Assembly: GCF_036417845.1 (NCBI RefSeq)
Contig: NC_090015.1
Coordinates: forward strand, 1-64,000
Direction of reading: 5' to 3'
Source of the DNA: Apteryx mantelli
Lineage: Eukaryota
DNA length: 64,000 nt
Shown here: positions 1 to 11,350 of the stretch, piece after piece
Position numbering within the stretch: the stretch's first letter is position 1
Layout: every line of letters begins with the position of its first letter
Position numbers and translations under genes: made by a program
Notes under the pieces: model-generated
Seen by the model: only the letters and a program-made list of their open reading frames with translations
Databases searched by the model: none
Told to the model about the DNA's origin: nothing

Positions 1-840
1 TCTGGGGGCTCTATAGGGTGCTGGAGGGTGTCGGGGGGCTCTATAGGGTGCCGGGGGGGTGTTGGGGGCTCTATAGAGCCCTCGGGGGTGTCGGGGGGCT
101 CTCTAGGGTGTCGGGGGTCTCTATAGGCTGCTGGAGGCTCTATAGAGCCCTAGGGGTGTCGGGGGGCTCTCTAGGGTGTCGGGGGTCTCTATAGGGCACT
201 GGGGGGGGTGTCAGGGGTCTCTATAGGGTGCTGGGGGGCTCTATAGAGCCGGGGGGGTGTGTCGGGGGGCTCCCTAGAGCGCCAGGAGAGTGTCAGGGGT
301 CTCTATAGGGTGCTGGGGGGTGTCGGGGCTCTTTAGGGTCTCGGGGGGCTCTATAGGGTGCCGGGGGGGTGTTGGGGGCTCTATAGAGCCCTCGGGGGTG
401 TCGGGGGGCTCTCTAGGGTGTTGGGGGGCTCTATAGGGTGCTGGGGGGCTCTATAGGGCCTGGAGGGTGTCGGGGGGTCTCTATAGGGTGCTGGGTGGCT
501 CTATACGGCTGGCGGGGCGTCAGGGGTCTCTATAGGGTGCCGGGGGGGTGTTGGGGGCTCTATAGAGCCCTCGGGGGCGTCGGGGGGCTCTCTAGGGTGT
601 CGGGGGGGCTCTATAGGGTGCTGGGGGGCTCTATAGGGCCTGGAGGGTGTCGGGGTCTCTCTAGGGTGCTGGGGGGCTCCATACGGCTGGCGGGGCGTCA
701 GGGGTCTCTATAGGGCGTCGGGGGGCTCTCTAGGGTGTCAAGGGTCTCTATAGGGTGCCAGGGGGGTGTTGGGGGCTCTATAGAGCCCTCGGGGGCGCCG
801 GGGGGCTCTATAGGGCGCCGGGGGAGTCTCTATAGGGTGC
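1..840. repeat. Minisatellite of about 20-bp units containing a CTATAG core (gggggctctatagggtgctgg / ggtgtcggggggctctctagggtgtc), with about 180-bp higher-order periodicity
   Basis: Direct reading: the block at 1-110 recurs at 350-430 and at 530-600. Confidence 0.9.
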
Positions 841-908
841 TACGGGGCGGGTGGGGGGTCCCTCACTCCCCCCCACCCCGTGGTGGCACCGCGGCGGTGA
901 CGGCGCAG

Positions 909-1131
909 GCTGGTGCTGGGCCCCGTGCGCATGGTGACGGTGCCGGCGCGTCACTACTGCGTCGTCCTGAACCCGGTGGCGCGCGGTGGCAACGACGGTG
1001 ACGGTGACGACGACGGTGACGGTGACGTGCTGCTGGACGGCGCGGGGCAGGCGCGCCTGCGGCACGGCGACCTCGAGGTGCGCCTGGCCCGCGAGCCCTT
1101 CGCCCTCTACCCCGGCGAGCGCCTCCAGCAG
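909..1131 (+). CDS. MVP: MVP internal coding exon ([75 protein letters not shown]); acceptor AG 907-908, donor GT 1132-1133; 3' phase 0
   Basis: Translation aligns to vertebrate MVP '[27 protein letters not shown]...[29 protein letters not shown]'. An in-frame TGA at 898-900 means the exon cannot start further upstream. A clean GT donor follows, and the next exon continues the MVP alignment. The frame matches ORF 913..1200. Confidence 0.85.
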
Positions 1132-1133
1132 GT

Positions 1134-2630
1134 ACCTATAGCCCCTCCCTATAGCCCCCCCTATAGCCCCCCCTATAGAGCCCCTATAGAGCCTCTATAG
1201 CGCCCATCCGCCTGCCGCCCCGGGCGCCGGTTCCTATAGTCTCCATAGACTCCGCGTAGTTCCTATAGCTGCCCATCGCCCGCTCTGTTCTTTGTAGAGT
1301 CCCCTATAGCTCCTATAGATTTTATCATCTTTTCCAGCATGTATAGACACCTATGGCCCCCATAAGCTCTCTTGTAGTTCCTTGATCTTCGACGGTTCCT
1401 ATAGGACCTATAGCTTTCGCAGGCTCTCGTCGGGCCCCGCGGTGGCCTATAGTATCCGTCACCGCCGTGGCTCCCTATAGCCGCCCGTGGGCTCCTATAG
1501 CTCTTCCAGGATCCCTTTTCCTCCATAGGCTTTTTGGTTGCCTCGGGGTCTCTTATAGCTTCTATAATCTCCATGGTTTTCCTGTAGCTTTCTATAGTAT
1601 GTGTTGGTTCTTCTATAGGTTCCATAATTCTGATATGGTTTCCTATGTGCTTTATAGTCTTTCTATAGGCTCTAACCCACCCCTGCGTTGCTGCAGGTCC
1701 TATAGGCTCCCTAACACCGCCGTGGTCTCCTATAGCCCTTACGGCTCCTCCGCGGTGTCCTATAGGCTCGGTAACGCCACCGTGGTCTCCTATAGCCCTT
1801 ACGGCTCCTCCGCGGTGTCCTATAGGCTCCGTACCGCCGCCGGGGTCTCCTATAGCCCTTAGGGCTCCTCCACGGTGTCCTATAGGCTCGGTAACGCCAC
1901 CGTGGTCTCCTATAGCCCTTACGGCTCCTCCGCGGTGTCCTATAGGCTCCGTACCGCCGCCGGGGTCTCCTATAGCCCTTAGGGCTCCTCCACGGTGTCC
2001 TATAGGCTCGGTAACGCCACCGTGGTCTCCTATAGCCCTTACGGCTCCTCCGCGGTGTCCTATAGGCTCCGTACCGCTGCCGGGGTCTCCTATAGCCCTT
2101 AGGGCTCCTCCGCGGTGTCCTATAGGCTCCCTGTAGCCCCTCTAGCCACGCGTGGCCTCCTATAGGTTCTCCAGGCCCCATTGCCCCCTCTGGCCCTTCC
2201 GTGGGCTCCTATAGCTCCTATAGGCTCCGTGACACCTTGTGGGCTCCAATAGCTCCTCTAGGCCCCAGGGTCCCCTATAGCCCCTCTAGTTCCCCTCTAA
2301 GGTTTGCTATAGGTCCTATAGGGTTCATGAACCCATATAGGTGCTTTAGCCACCCCATGGGCACCTATAGGTCCTATAGGGTTCATGAACCCATATAGGT
2401 GCTTTAGCCACCCCATGGGCACCTATAGGTCCTATAGGGTTCATGAACCCATATAGGTGCTTTAGCCACCCCATGGGCACCTATAGGTCCTATAGGGTCC
2501 ATAAGTCTCCCATGGTTTCTTGTGGGACCTACAACTTCTTCATGGTCTTCTATAGGCTCCACGATCTTCTTTAGATCTTCTATATGTGTCGGTGGCTCCT
2601 ATAGCTCTTATAGGCTTTGTAAAACCTGCA
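1134..2630. repeat. Mixed CTATAG-containing tandem repeats in MVP intron 1. These comprise an 11-12-bp cctatagcccc run at 1134-1200, a 60-bp unit repeated about 8 times at 1690-2150, and a 60-bp unit repeated 3 times at 2320-2500
   Basis: tcctataggctccgtaacgccaccgtggtctcctatagcccttacggctcctccgcggtg recurs, and gttcatgaacccatataggtgctttagccaccccatgggcacctataggtcctatagg is repeated 3 times. Confidence 0.9.
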
Positions 2631-2639
2631 GGCACCTAT

Positions 2640-5600
2640 AGCCACCCGTGTCCCTGGCGTCCCCCCATGTCCCCAGGGTGTCACCTCGATGTCACCTGCA
2701 TCCCTGGTGTCCCCCCGTGTCCTCAGGGTGTCACCCTGTCACCTGGGTGTCACCTCCATCCCTGGTGTCACCTCCATCCCTGGTGTCCCCCATGTCCCTG
2801 GTGTCCCCCCATCCGTGGTGTCCCCCCATCCGTGGTGTCCCTCCGTCCTTGGTGTCCCTCCATCCCTGGTGTCCCCCATGTCCCTGGTGTCCCTCCATAC
2901 CTGGTGTCACCTCCATCCCTGATGTTCTTCCATCTCTGGTGTCCCTCCATCCCTGGTGTCCCCCATGTCCCTGGTGTTCCTCCACACCTGGTGTCACCTC
3001 CATCCCTGATGTTCTTCCATCTCTGGTGTTCCTCCATCCCTGGTGTCCCCCATGTCCCTGGTGTCCCCCCATCCGTGACGTCCCCTCATGCCCGGTGTCC
3101 CCCCGGCAGGACGTGACGCCGCTGCAGGTGGTGCTGGCCGACACGGCGCTGCGTCCCTGCTCCCCGCGTCCCCCGGGCGTCCCCCCCACGTCCCCCGGGT
3201 GTCCCCTGCTCCATCCGTGGTGTCCCTCCATCCTTAGTGTTCCTCTGTCCTTGGTGTCCCCCCATGTCCCTGGTGTCCCCCATGTCCCTGGTGTCTCTCC
3301 ATCTGTGGTGTCTCTCCATCCATGCTGTCCCCCCATCCGTGGTGTTCCTCCATCCGTGGTGTCCCCCATGTCCCTGGTGTCCCCCATGTCCCTGGTGTCC
3401 CCCCGTCCCTGGTGTCCCCCCGTCCCTGGTGTCCCCCCATCCCTGGTGTCATCTCCATCCCTGGTGTCATCTCCATCCCTGGTGTCCCCCATGTCCCTGG
3501 TGTCCCCCCATCCGTGGTGTCCCTCCGTCCTTGGTGTCCCTCCATCCCTGGTGTCCCCCATGTCCTTGGTGTCCCTCCATCCATGACGTCCCCTCATGCC
3601 CAGTGTCCCCCCGGCAGGACGTGACACCGCTGCAGGTGGTGCTGGCCGACACGGCCCTGCGTCCCTGCTCCCCGCATCCCCCGGGCGTCCCCCTCTCCAT
3701 CCCTGGTGTCCCCCCATCCTTGGTGTCCCCCCATCCTTAGTATCCCTCCATCCGTGGTGTCCCCCATGTCCCTGGTGTTCCCCCATCCCTGGTCTTCCTC
3801 CATCCGTGGTGTCCCCTCATCCGTGGTGTCCCCTCATCCGTGGTGTCCCCCATGTCCCTGGTGTCCCCCCATCCGGGGTGTCCCCCATTTCCCTGATGTT
3901 TCTCCATTCCTGGTGTCCCTCCATCCATGGTGTCCCCCATATCCCTGGTGTCCCACCATCCGTGGCGTCCCCTCATCCCTGGTGTCCCCCGTGTCCCTGG
4001 TGTCCCCCGTGTCCCTGGTGTCCCCCGTGTCCCTGGTTTCCCCCATGTCCCTGGTTTCCACCATGTCCCTGGTGTCCCCCCATCCCTGATGTTCCTCCAT
4101 CCCTGATGTCCCTCCATCCCTGATGTCTCTCCATCCGTGGTGTCCCCCTATCCGTGGTGTCCCCCATGTCCCTGGTGTCCCTCTGTGACGTCCCCTCATC
4201 CCTGGTGTCCCCCCGGCAGGACGTGACGCCGCTGCAGGTGGTGCTGGCCGACACGGCGCTGCGTCCCTGCTCCCTGCGTCCCCCGGGCGTCCCCCCCACG
4301 TCCCCTGGGTGTCCCCTGCTCCATCCGTGGTGTCCCTCCATCCTTAGTGTTCCTCCATCCCTGGTGTCCCCCATCCTTAGTATCCCTCCATCCGTGGTGT
4401 CCCTCCATCCGTGGTGTCCCCCATGTCCCTGGTGTTCCCCCATCCCTGGTCTTCCCCCATCCCTGGTGTCCCTCATCCGTGGTGTCCCCCCATGTCCCTG
4501 GTGTCCCCCCATGTCCCTGGTGTCTCCCATGTCCCTGGTGTCTCCCATGTCCCTGGTGTTCCTCCATCCATGGTGTCTCCCATGTCTCTGGTGTCCCTCC
4601 ATACCTGGTGTCCCCCATGTCCCTGGTGTCTCTCCATCTGTGGTGTCTCTCCATCCATGGTGTCCCCCCATCCGTGGTGTCCCCCATTTCCCTGATGTTC
4701 CTCCATTCCTGGTGTCCCTCCATCCCTGGTGTCCCCCATATCCCTGGTGTCCCTCCATCCGTGGTGTCCCCCATGTCCCTGGTTTCCCTCCATCCGTGGT
4801 GTCCCCCCATCCCTGGAGTTCCTCCATCGCTGGTGTTCCTCCATCCCTGGTGTCCCCCATATCCCTGGTGTCCCTCCATCCGTGGTGTCCCCCATGTCCC
4901 TGGTTTCCCTCCATCTGTGGTGTCCCCCCATCCCTGGAGTTCCTCCATCGCTGGTGTTCCTCCATCCCTGGTGTCCCCCATGTCCCTGGTGTCTCTCCAT
5001 CCCTGGTGTTCCTCCATCCATGGTGTCCCCCATGTCCCTGGTGTCTCTCCATCTGTGGTGTCTTTCCATCCCTGGTTTCCCTCCATCCATGGTGTCCCTC
5101 CATCCGTGGTGTCACCTCCATCCCTGATGTCCCTCTATCCCTGATGTCCCCTCATGCCCGGTGTCCCCCCGGCAGGATGTGACGCCGCTGCAGGTGGTGC
5201 TGGCTGACACGGCGCTGCGTCCCTGCTTTCTGCGTCCCCTGGGTGTCCCCACTCCATCCCTGGTGTCCCTCCATCCTTGGTGTCCCCCCATCCTTAGTGT
5301 TCCTCCATGTCCCTGGTGTTCCTCCATGTCCCTGGTGTTCCTCCATGTCCTTGGTGTTCCTCCATGTCCTTGGTGTCCCCCCATCCCTGGTGTCCCCCCA
5401 TCCCTGGTGTCCCTCCATCCGTGGTGTCCCCCATGTCCCTGGTGTCCCCCCATCCCTGATGTTCCTCCATCCCTGATGTTCCTCCATCCCTGATGTCCCT
5501 CCATCCGTGGTGTCCCCCATGTCCCTGGTGTCCCCCCATCCCTGATGTTCCTCCATCCCTGGTGTTCCTCCATCCGTGGTGTCCCCCATGTCCCTGGTGT

Positions 5601-5650
5601 CACCTCCATCCCTGATGTCTCTCCATCCCTGATGTCCCCTCACGCCCGGT
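2640..5650. repeat. Minisatellite of about 24-27-bp units (ccctggtgtcccccatgtccctggtgtccctccatccgtggtgtcc), organised into 500-960-bp higher-order units that carry the exon-2 junction copies
   Basis: Direct reading. Many reciprocal-strand spurious ORFs (PWCPPCPWC / GHGGHQGWRDTRD). Confidence 0.9.
3080..5260 (+). other. Four truncated copies of the exon-2 junction (acceptor plus the first 50 nt of the exon beginning at 5663), embedded in the intronic repeat; copies begin at 3109, 3618, 4219 and 5176
   Basis: The string ccccggcag|gacgtgacgccgctgcaggtggtgctggccgacacggc(g/c)ctgcgtc recurs nearly identically. After ctgcgtc the copies diverge (ccctgctcc...) where the real exon continues tccgcgccctgctcgac. 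Confidence 0.85.
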
Positions 5651-5662
5651 GTCCCCCGGCAG

Positions 5663-5786
5663 GACGTGACGCCGCTGCAGGTGGTGCTGGCCGACACGGC
5701 GCTGCGTCTCCGCGCCCTGCTCGACTTCGTGGCCCGGGACGGCAGCCGCTTCGTGGCCGGTGATGAGTGGCTCTTCGAAGGTCCCG
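5663..5786 (+). CDS. MVP: MVP coding exon ([42 protein letters not shown]); AG 5661-5662, donor GT 5787-5788; 3' phase 1
   Basis: Near-identical to MVP '[22 protein letters not shown]...[12 protein letters not shown]'. The frame continues from the previous exon. Donor is gtacgc. Confidence 0.9.
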
Positions 5787-5872
5787 GTACGCGGCGGACG
5801 GGGGGGGGGGACGCGCCCCAGGGTGGGGGACACCACCCACCCCGGTGACACCGTGTCCCCGTCCCCGCCAAG

Positions 5873-6004
5873 GCACCTACATCCCCCGCAAGGAGGTGGA
5901 GGTGGCCGAGACGCTGCAGGCCACCGTCATCGGGCCCAACCAGGCCGTGCGGCTGCGGGCGCGCAAGGAGTGCGTCGACCGCGAGGGCGTCCGCCGCGTC
6001 ACAG
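5873..6004 (+). CDS. MVP: MVP coding exon ([45 protein letters not shown]); AG 5871-5872, donor GT 6005-6006; phase 1 at both ends
   Basis: Matches MVP '[44 protein letters not shown]'. A split Gly codon joins it to the previous exon across a short 86-bp intron. Confidence 0.9.
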
Positions 6005-7990
6005 GTGACCCCCCCTGGCACCCATGGGTGCTCCTGGGACCCTCCTGCACCCTTGGGAGCTCCTGGGACCCCCCAGCACCTGTGGGTGCTCCTGGGACCC
6101 TCCTGCACCCTTGGGAGCTCCTGGGACCCACCAACACCCATGGGAGCTCCTGGGAGCTTCTGGGACCCCTGGGACCCCCCAGCACCCATGGGAGCTCCTG
6201 GGATCCTCCTGCACCTGTGGGTGCTCCTGGGACCCCCCAGCACCCATGGGAGCTCCTGGGACCCTCCTGCACCCATGGGAGCTCCTGGGACCCTCCTGCA
6301 CCCATGGGAGCTCCTGGGAGCTTCTGGGACCCCTGGGACCCCCCAGCACCCATGGGAGCTCCTGGGATCCTCCTGCACCTGTGGGTGCTCCTGGGACCCC
6401 CCAGCACCCATGGGAGCTCCTGGGACCCTCCTGCACCCATGGGAGCTCCTGGGAGCTTCTGGGACCCCTGGGACCCCCCAGCACCCATGGGAGCTCCTGG
6501 GACCCTCCTGCACCTGTGGGTGCTCCTGGGAGCCTCCTGCACCCTTGGGAGCTCCTGGGACCCCCCTGCACCCTTGGAAGCCCCCCAGCACCCATGGGAG
6601 CTCCTGGGAGTTCTTGGGACCCCTGGGACCCTCCTGCACCCTTGGGAGCTCCTGGGACCCTCCTGCACCCATGGGAGCTCCTGGGAGCTTCTGGGACCCC
6701 TGGGACCCCCCAGCACCCATGGGAGCTCCTGGGATCCTCCTGCACCCGTGGGAGCTCCTGGGAGCTCTTGGGACCCCTGGGACCCCCCTGCACCCATGGG
6801 AGCTCTTGGGACCCCTGAGACCCCCCTGCACCCGTGGGTGCTCCTGGGATCCTCCTGCACCCCTGGGAGCTCCTGGGAGCTCTTGGGACCCCTGGGACCC
6901 TCCCTGCACCCATGGGAGCTCCTGGGATCCTCCTGCACCCATGGGAGCTCCTGGGAGCTCCTGGGACCCCTGGGACCCCCCTGCACCCATGGGAGCTCCT
7001 GGCACCCCCCAGCACCCATGGGAGCTCCTGGGATCCTCCTGCACCCTTGGGAGCTCCTGGGAGCTCTTGGGACCCCTGGGACCCTCCCTGCACCCATGGG
7101 AGCTCTTGGGACCCTCCTGCACCCTTGGGAGCTCCTGGGAGCTCTTGGGACCCCTGGGACCCCCCAGCACCCATGGGAGCTCCTGGGACCCTCCTGCACC
7201 CCTGGGAGCTCCTGGGAGCTCTTGAGACCCCTGGGACCCCCCAGCACCCATGGGAGCTCCTGGGACCCCCCTGCACCCATGGGAGCTCCTGGGACCCTCC
7301 TGCACCCCTGGGAGCTCTTGGGAGCTCTTGGGACTCCTGGGACCCTCCCTGCACCCATGGGAGCTCCTGGGATCCTCCTGTACCTTTGGGAGCTCCTGGG
7401 AGCTCTTGAGACCCCTGGGACCCCCCAGCACCCATGGGAGCTCCTGGGACCCCCCTGCACCCATGGGAGCTCCTAGGAGCTCTTGGGACCCCTGGGATCC
7501 TCCCTGCACCCTTGGGAGCTCCTGGGAGCTCCTGGGACCCCTGGGACCCTCCCTGCACCCATGGGAGCTCCTGGGATCCTCCTGCACCCTTGGGAGCTCC
7601 TGGGAGCTCTTGGGACCCCTGGGACCCTCCCTGCACCCATGGGAGCTCTTGGGACCCTCCTGCACCCTTGGGAGCTCCTGGGAGCTCTTGGGACCCCTGG
7701 GACCCCCCAGCACCCATGGGAGCTCCTGGGATCCTCCTGCACCCATGGGAGCTCCTGGGACCCCCCTGTGCCCATGGGACCCCCCCAGCACCCATGGGAG
7801 CCCCCATGGGACCCCCTGCACCTGTGGAAGCCCCCAGCACCCATGGGTGCTCCTGGGAGCCCGCTGCACCCCTGGGAGCTCCTGGGACCCCCCTGCACCC
7901 CTGGGAGGCCCCCAGCACCCCTGGGAGCCCCTGGGATCCCCCCCGCACCCTTGGGATCCCACGGCCCCCCCTAGCACCCCTGGGACCCTC
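6005..7990. repeat. Tandem repeat of about 30-60-bp units (ctcctgggaccctcctgcacccatgggagctcctgggagcttctgggacccctgggaccccccagcacccatgggag), starting at the exon-3 donor
   Basis: Direct reading. Confidence 0.9.
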
Positions 7991-9190
7991 ATCCTTGGCC
8001 CAGCACCCTTGGGACCCCACGACCTCTCTAGGACCCCCTTGTCCCACCCCCAGCACCCTTGGGACCCCCCAGCACCCCCCCAGCACCCCCTTGTCCCACC
8101 CCGCAGCACCCCTAGGCCCCCCTTGTCCCACCCCCAGCACCCTTGGGACCCCCCAGCACCCTTGGGACCCCCTTGTCCCACCCCACAGCACCCTTGGGAC
8201 CCCCCAGCACCCTTGGGACCCCCTTGTCCCACCCCCAGCACCCTTGGGACCCCCCAGCACCCTTGGGACCTCCTTGTCCCACCCACAGCACCCTTGGGAC
8301 CCCCCAGCACCCCTAGGCCCCCCTTGTCCCCCCCCCAGCACCCTTGGGACCCCCCAGCACCCCTAGGCCCCCCTTGTCCCACCCCCAGCACCCTTGGGAC
8401 CCCCCAGCACCCTTGGGACCCCCTTGTCCCACCCCACAGCACCCTTGGGACCCCCCAGCACCCTTGGGACCCCCTTGTCCCACCCCAGCACCCTTGGGAC
8501 CCCCCAGCACCCCTAGGCCCCCCTTGTCCCCCCCCCAGCACCCTTGGGACCCCCCAGCACCCTTGGGACCCCCTTGTCCCACCCCACAGCACCCTTGGGA
8601 CCCCCCAGCACCCTTGGGACCCCCTTGTCCCACCCCCAGCACCCTTGGGACCCCCCAGCACCCTTGGGACCCCCTTGTCCCACCCCCAGCACCCTTGGGA
8701 CCCTCCAGCACCCTTGGGACCCCCTTGTCCCACCCCAGCACCCTTGGGACCCCCCAGCACCCCTAGGCCCCCCTTGTCCCCCCCCCAGCACCCTTGGGAC
8801 CCCCCAGCACCCTTGGGACCCCCTTGTCCCACCCCCAGCACCCTTGGGACCCTCCAGCACCCTTGGGACCCCCTTGTCCCACCCCAGCACCCTTGGGACC
8901 CCCCAGCACCCCTAGGCCCCCCTTGTCCCCCCCCCAGCACCCTTGGGACCCCCCAGCACCCTTGGGACCCCCTTGTCCCACCCCACAGCACCCTTGGGAC
9001 CCCCCAGCACCCTTGGGACCCCCTTGTCCCCCCCCCAGCACCCTTGGAACCCTCAACACCTGTAGGAACCTCCAACACCCATAAGACCCCCAGGCTCCCA
9101 CCACCCACAGGACCCCCCCCAGCACCCACAACACCCCCCCAGCACCCTTGGGACCCCCCCCAGCACCCTTGGGACCCCCCCACCCAGCAC
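7990..9190. repeat. Tandem repeat of about 55-60-bp units (ccccagcacccttgggaccccccagcacccttgggacccccttgtcccac), with about 200-250-bp higher-order periodicity
   Basis: ORFs 8344..8766, 8544..8915 and 8794..9084 encode nearly the same peptide. Confidence 0.9.
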
Positions 9191-9203
9191 CCCCTGCCCC
9201 CAG

Positions 9204-9298
9204 GCGAGGAGTGGCTGGTGAAGCGGGTGGGCGCCTACCTGCCCGGCGTCTACGAGGAGGTCCTCGACGTGGTGGACGCCATCGTCCTCACCGAGAAG
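9204..9298 (+). CDS. MVP: MVP coding exon ([31 protein letters not shown]); AG 9202-9203, donor GT 9299-9300
   Basis: Matches MVP '[31 protein letters not shown]'. The phase is consistent with the neighbouring exons. Confidence 0.9.
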
Positions 9299-9398
9299 GT
9301 ACCCGCCGGCACCCACGGGTGACCCCCACCCCACCCCACCCCACCCCACGGTGGTGGCAGCGGCGTCACCCACCTGGCCACCCGTCACCCCCCCCCAG

Positions 9399-9635
9399 AA
9401 AGCCCTGCACCTTCGGGCGACGAGGACCTTCCGGGACGCCCAGGGCACGGTGCGACGCACGGGCGAGGAGTGGCTGGTGACGCAGGAGCAGAGCGACGCC
9501 TACGTCCCCGACGTCTTCGAGGAGGTGGTGGCCCAGGTGGCCGTCACCACCCTGGGGCCCCGCCAGTACTGCGTCGTCCTCGACCCCGTGGGGCCCGACG
9601 GCAAGCCCCAGCTGGGCCAGCAGCGCGTCGTCAAG
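9399..9635 (+). CDS. MVP: MVP coding exon ([79 protein letters not shown]); AG 9397-9398, donor GT 9636-9637
   Basis: Matches MVP '[28 protein letters not shown]...[30 protein letters not shown]'. It is separated from the previous exon by a 100-bp repeat-free intron. Confidence 0.9.
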
Positions 9636-9639
9636 GTGG

Positions 9640-11350
9640 GGGCCCCGACCCGTCAGTGGTGGGTGGGAGGTGGACCTCCGAGGAGGTGGCCGCAGGTGGC
9701 CCTGAGGGACCTCAACGGGCTCCTGAGGGATCAGGGTGGCACCGAGGGACCCTAAGGTGGCCCTGAAGGACCTCAACGGGCTCCTGAGGGGTCTGAGGAG
9801 GCCTCAAGGGATCTCAGTGGACCCCTAAGGTGGCCCTGAGGGACCTCAACGGGCTCCTGAGGGATCAGGGTGGCACCGAGGGACCCTAAGGTGGCCCTGA
9901 GGGAACTCATTGGGCTCCTGAAGGGTCTGAGGAGGCCTCAAGAGATCTCGATGGACCCCTAAGGTGGCCCCGAGGGGCTCAGGGTGGCTCCAAGGGACCC
10001 TAAGGTGGCCCTGAGGGATCTGAGGAGGCCTCAAGGGATCTGAGGAGGCCTCAAGGGATCTCAGTGGACCCCTAAGGTGGCCCTGAGGGACCTCAACGGG
10101 CTCCTGAGGGGTCAGGGTGGCACCGAGGGACCCTAAGGTGGCCCTGAGGGAACTCAACGGGCTCCTGAGGGGTCTGAGATGGCCCCAAGGGATCTGAGGA
10201 GGCCTCAAGGGATCTCGATGGACCCCTAAGGTGGCCCCGAGGGGCTCAGGGTGGCCCCGAGGGACCCTAAGGTGGCCCTGAGGGGTCTGAGGTGGCCCCG
10301 AGGGATCTGAGAAGGCCTCAAGGGATCTCAGTGGACCCCTAAGGTGGCCCTGAGGGACCTCAACGGGCTCCTGAGGGGTCAGGGTGGCACCAAGGGACCC
10401 TAAGGTGGCCCTGAGAGATCTGAGGAGGCCTCAAGGGATCTCAATGGACCCCTAAGGTGGTCCTGAGGGGTCAGGGTGGCACTGAGGGACCCTAAGGTGG
10501 CCCTGAGGGGTTTGAGGAGGCCTCAAGGGATCTCAGTGGATCCCTAAGGTGGCCCCGAGGGGCTCAGGGTGGCACTGAGGGACCCTAAGGTGGCCCTGAG
10601 AGATCTGAGGAGGACTCAGGGGATCTCGATGGACCCCTAAGGTGTCCCCACGGGGCTCAGGGTGGCTCCAAGGGACCCTAAGGTGGCCCTGAGGGGTCTG
10701 AGGTGGCCACAAGGGATTTGAGGAGGCCTCAAGGGATCTCAGTGGATCCCTAAGGTGGCCCCGAGGGGCTCAGGGTGGCACTGAGGGACCCTAAGGTGGC
10801 CCTGAGGGATCTGAGGAGGACTCAGGGGATCTCGATGGACCCCTAAGGTGGCCCTGAGGGGCTCAGGGTGGCTCCAAGGGACCCTAAGGTGGCCCTGAGG
10901 GGTCTGAGGTGGCCACAAGGGATTTGAGGAGGCCTCAAGGGATCTCGATGGACCCCTAAGGTGGCCCCAAGGGGCTCAGGGTGGCCCCAAGGGACCTAAG
11001 GTGGCCCTGAGGGATCTGAGGAGGCCTCAAGGGATCTCGATGGACCCCTAAGGTGGCCCCAAGGGGCTCAGGGTGGCACTGAGGGACCCTAAGGTGGCCT
11101 TGAGTGGGCTGAGGAGACCTCACAGGATCTCAGTGGATCCCTAAGGTGTCCCCACGGGGCTCAGGGTGGCCCTGAGGGACCCGAATGGACATCTAAGGTG
11201 GCCTCAAGGGACCCTTAAGTGGTCCAGAGGAGCTCAGGGTGGCCCAGACTGACCCCTAAGGTGGCCCCGAGGGGCTCAAGGTGGCCCCAAAGCTCCCTGA
11301 GGTGGCCTCAAGGAGGCCTGAGGGGGTCGCAAGGGACCCCACCGTGTCAG
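9640..11350. repeat. Tandem repeat of about 60-70-bp units (ccctaaggtggccctgagggacctcaacgggctcctgaggggtcagggtggcaccgagggac) with higher-order structure
   Basis: Direct reading. Confidence 0.85.

Noticed and set aside
5152-9183. Very long ORFs on both strands (for example 1343 aa at 5152..9183 -, 1009 aa at 34595..37624 +, 889 aa at 25665..28334 -, 866 aa at 21777..24377 +)
   Set aside because: They are low-complexity translations of GC-rich, stop-poor tandem repeats (PWCPPCPWC, GDIGDV, HTHPHA and similar). They overlap one another in several frames and have no homology-like structure. The real MVP exons within them are short and bounded by splice sites.
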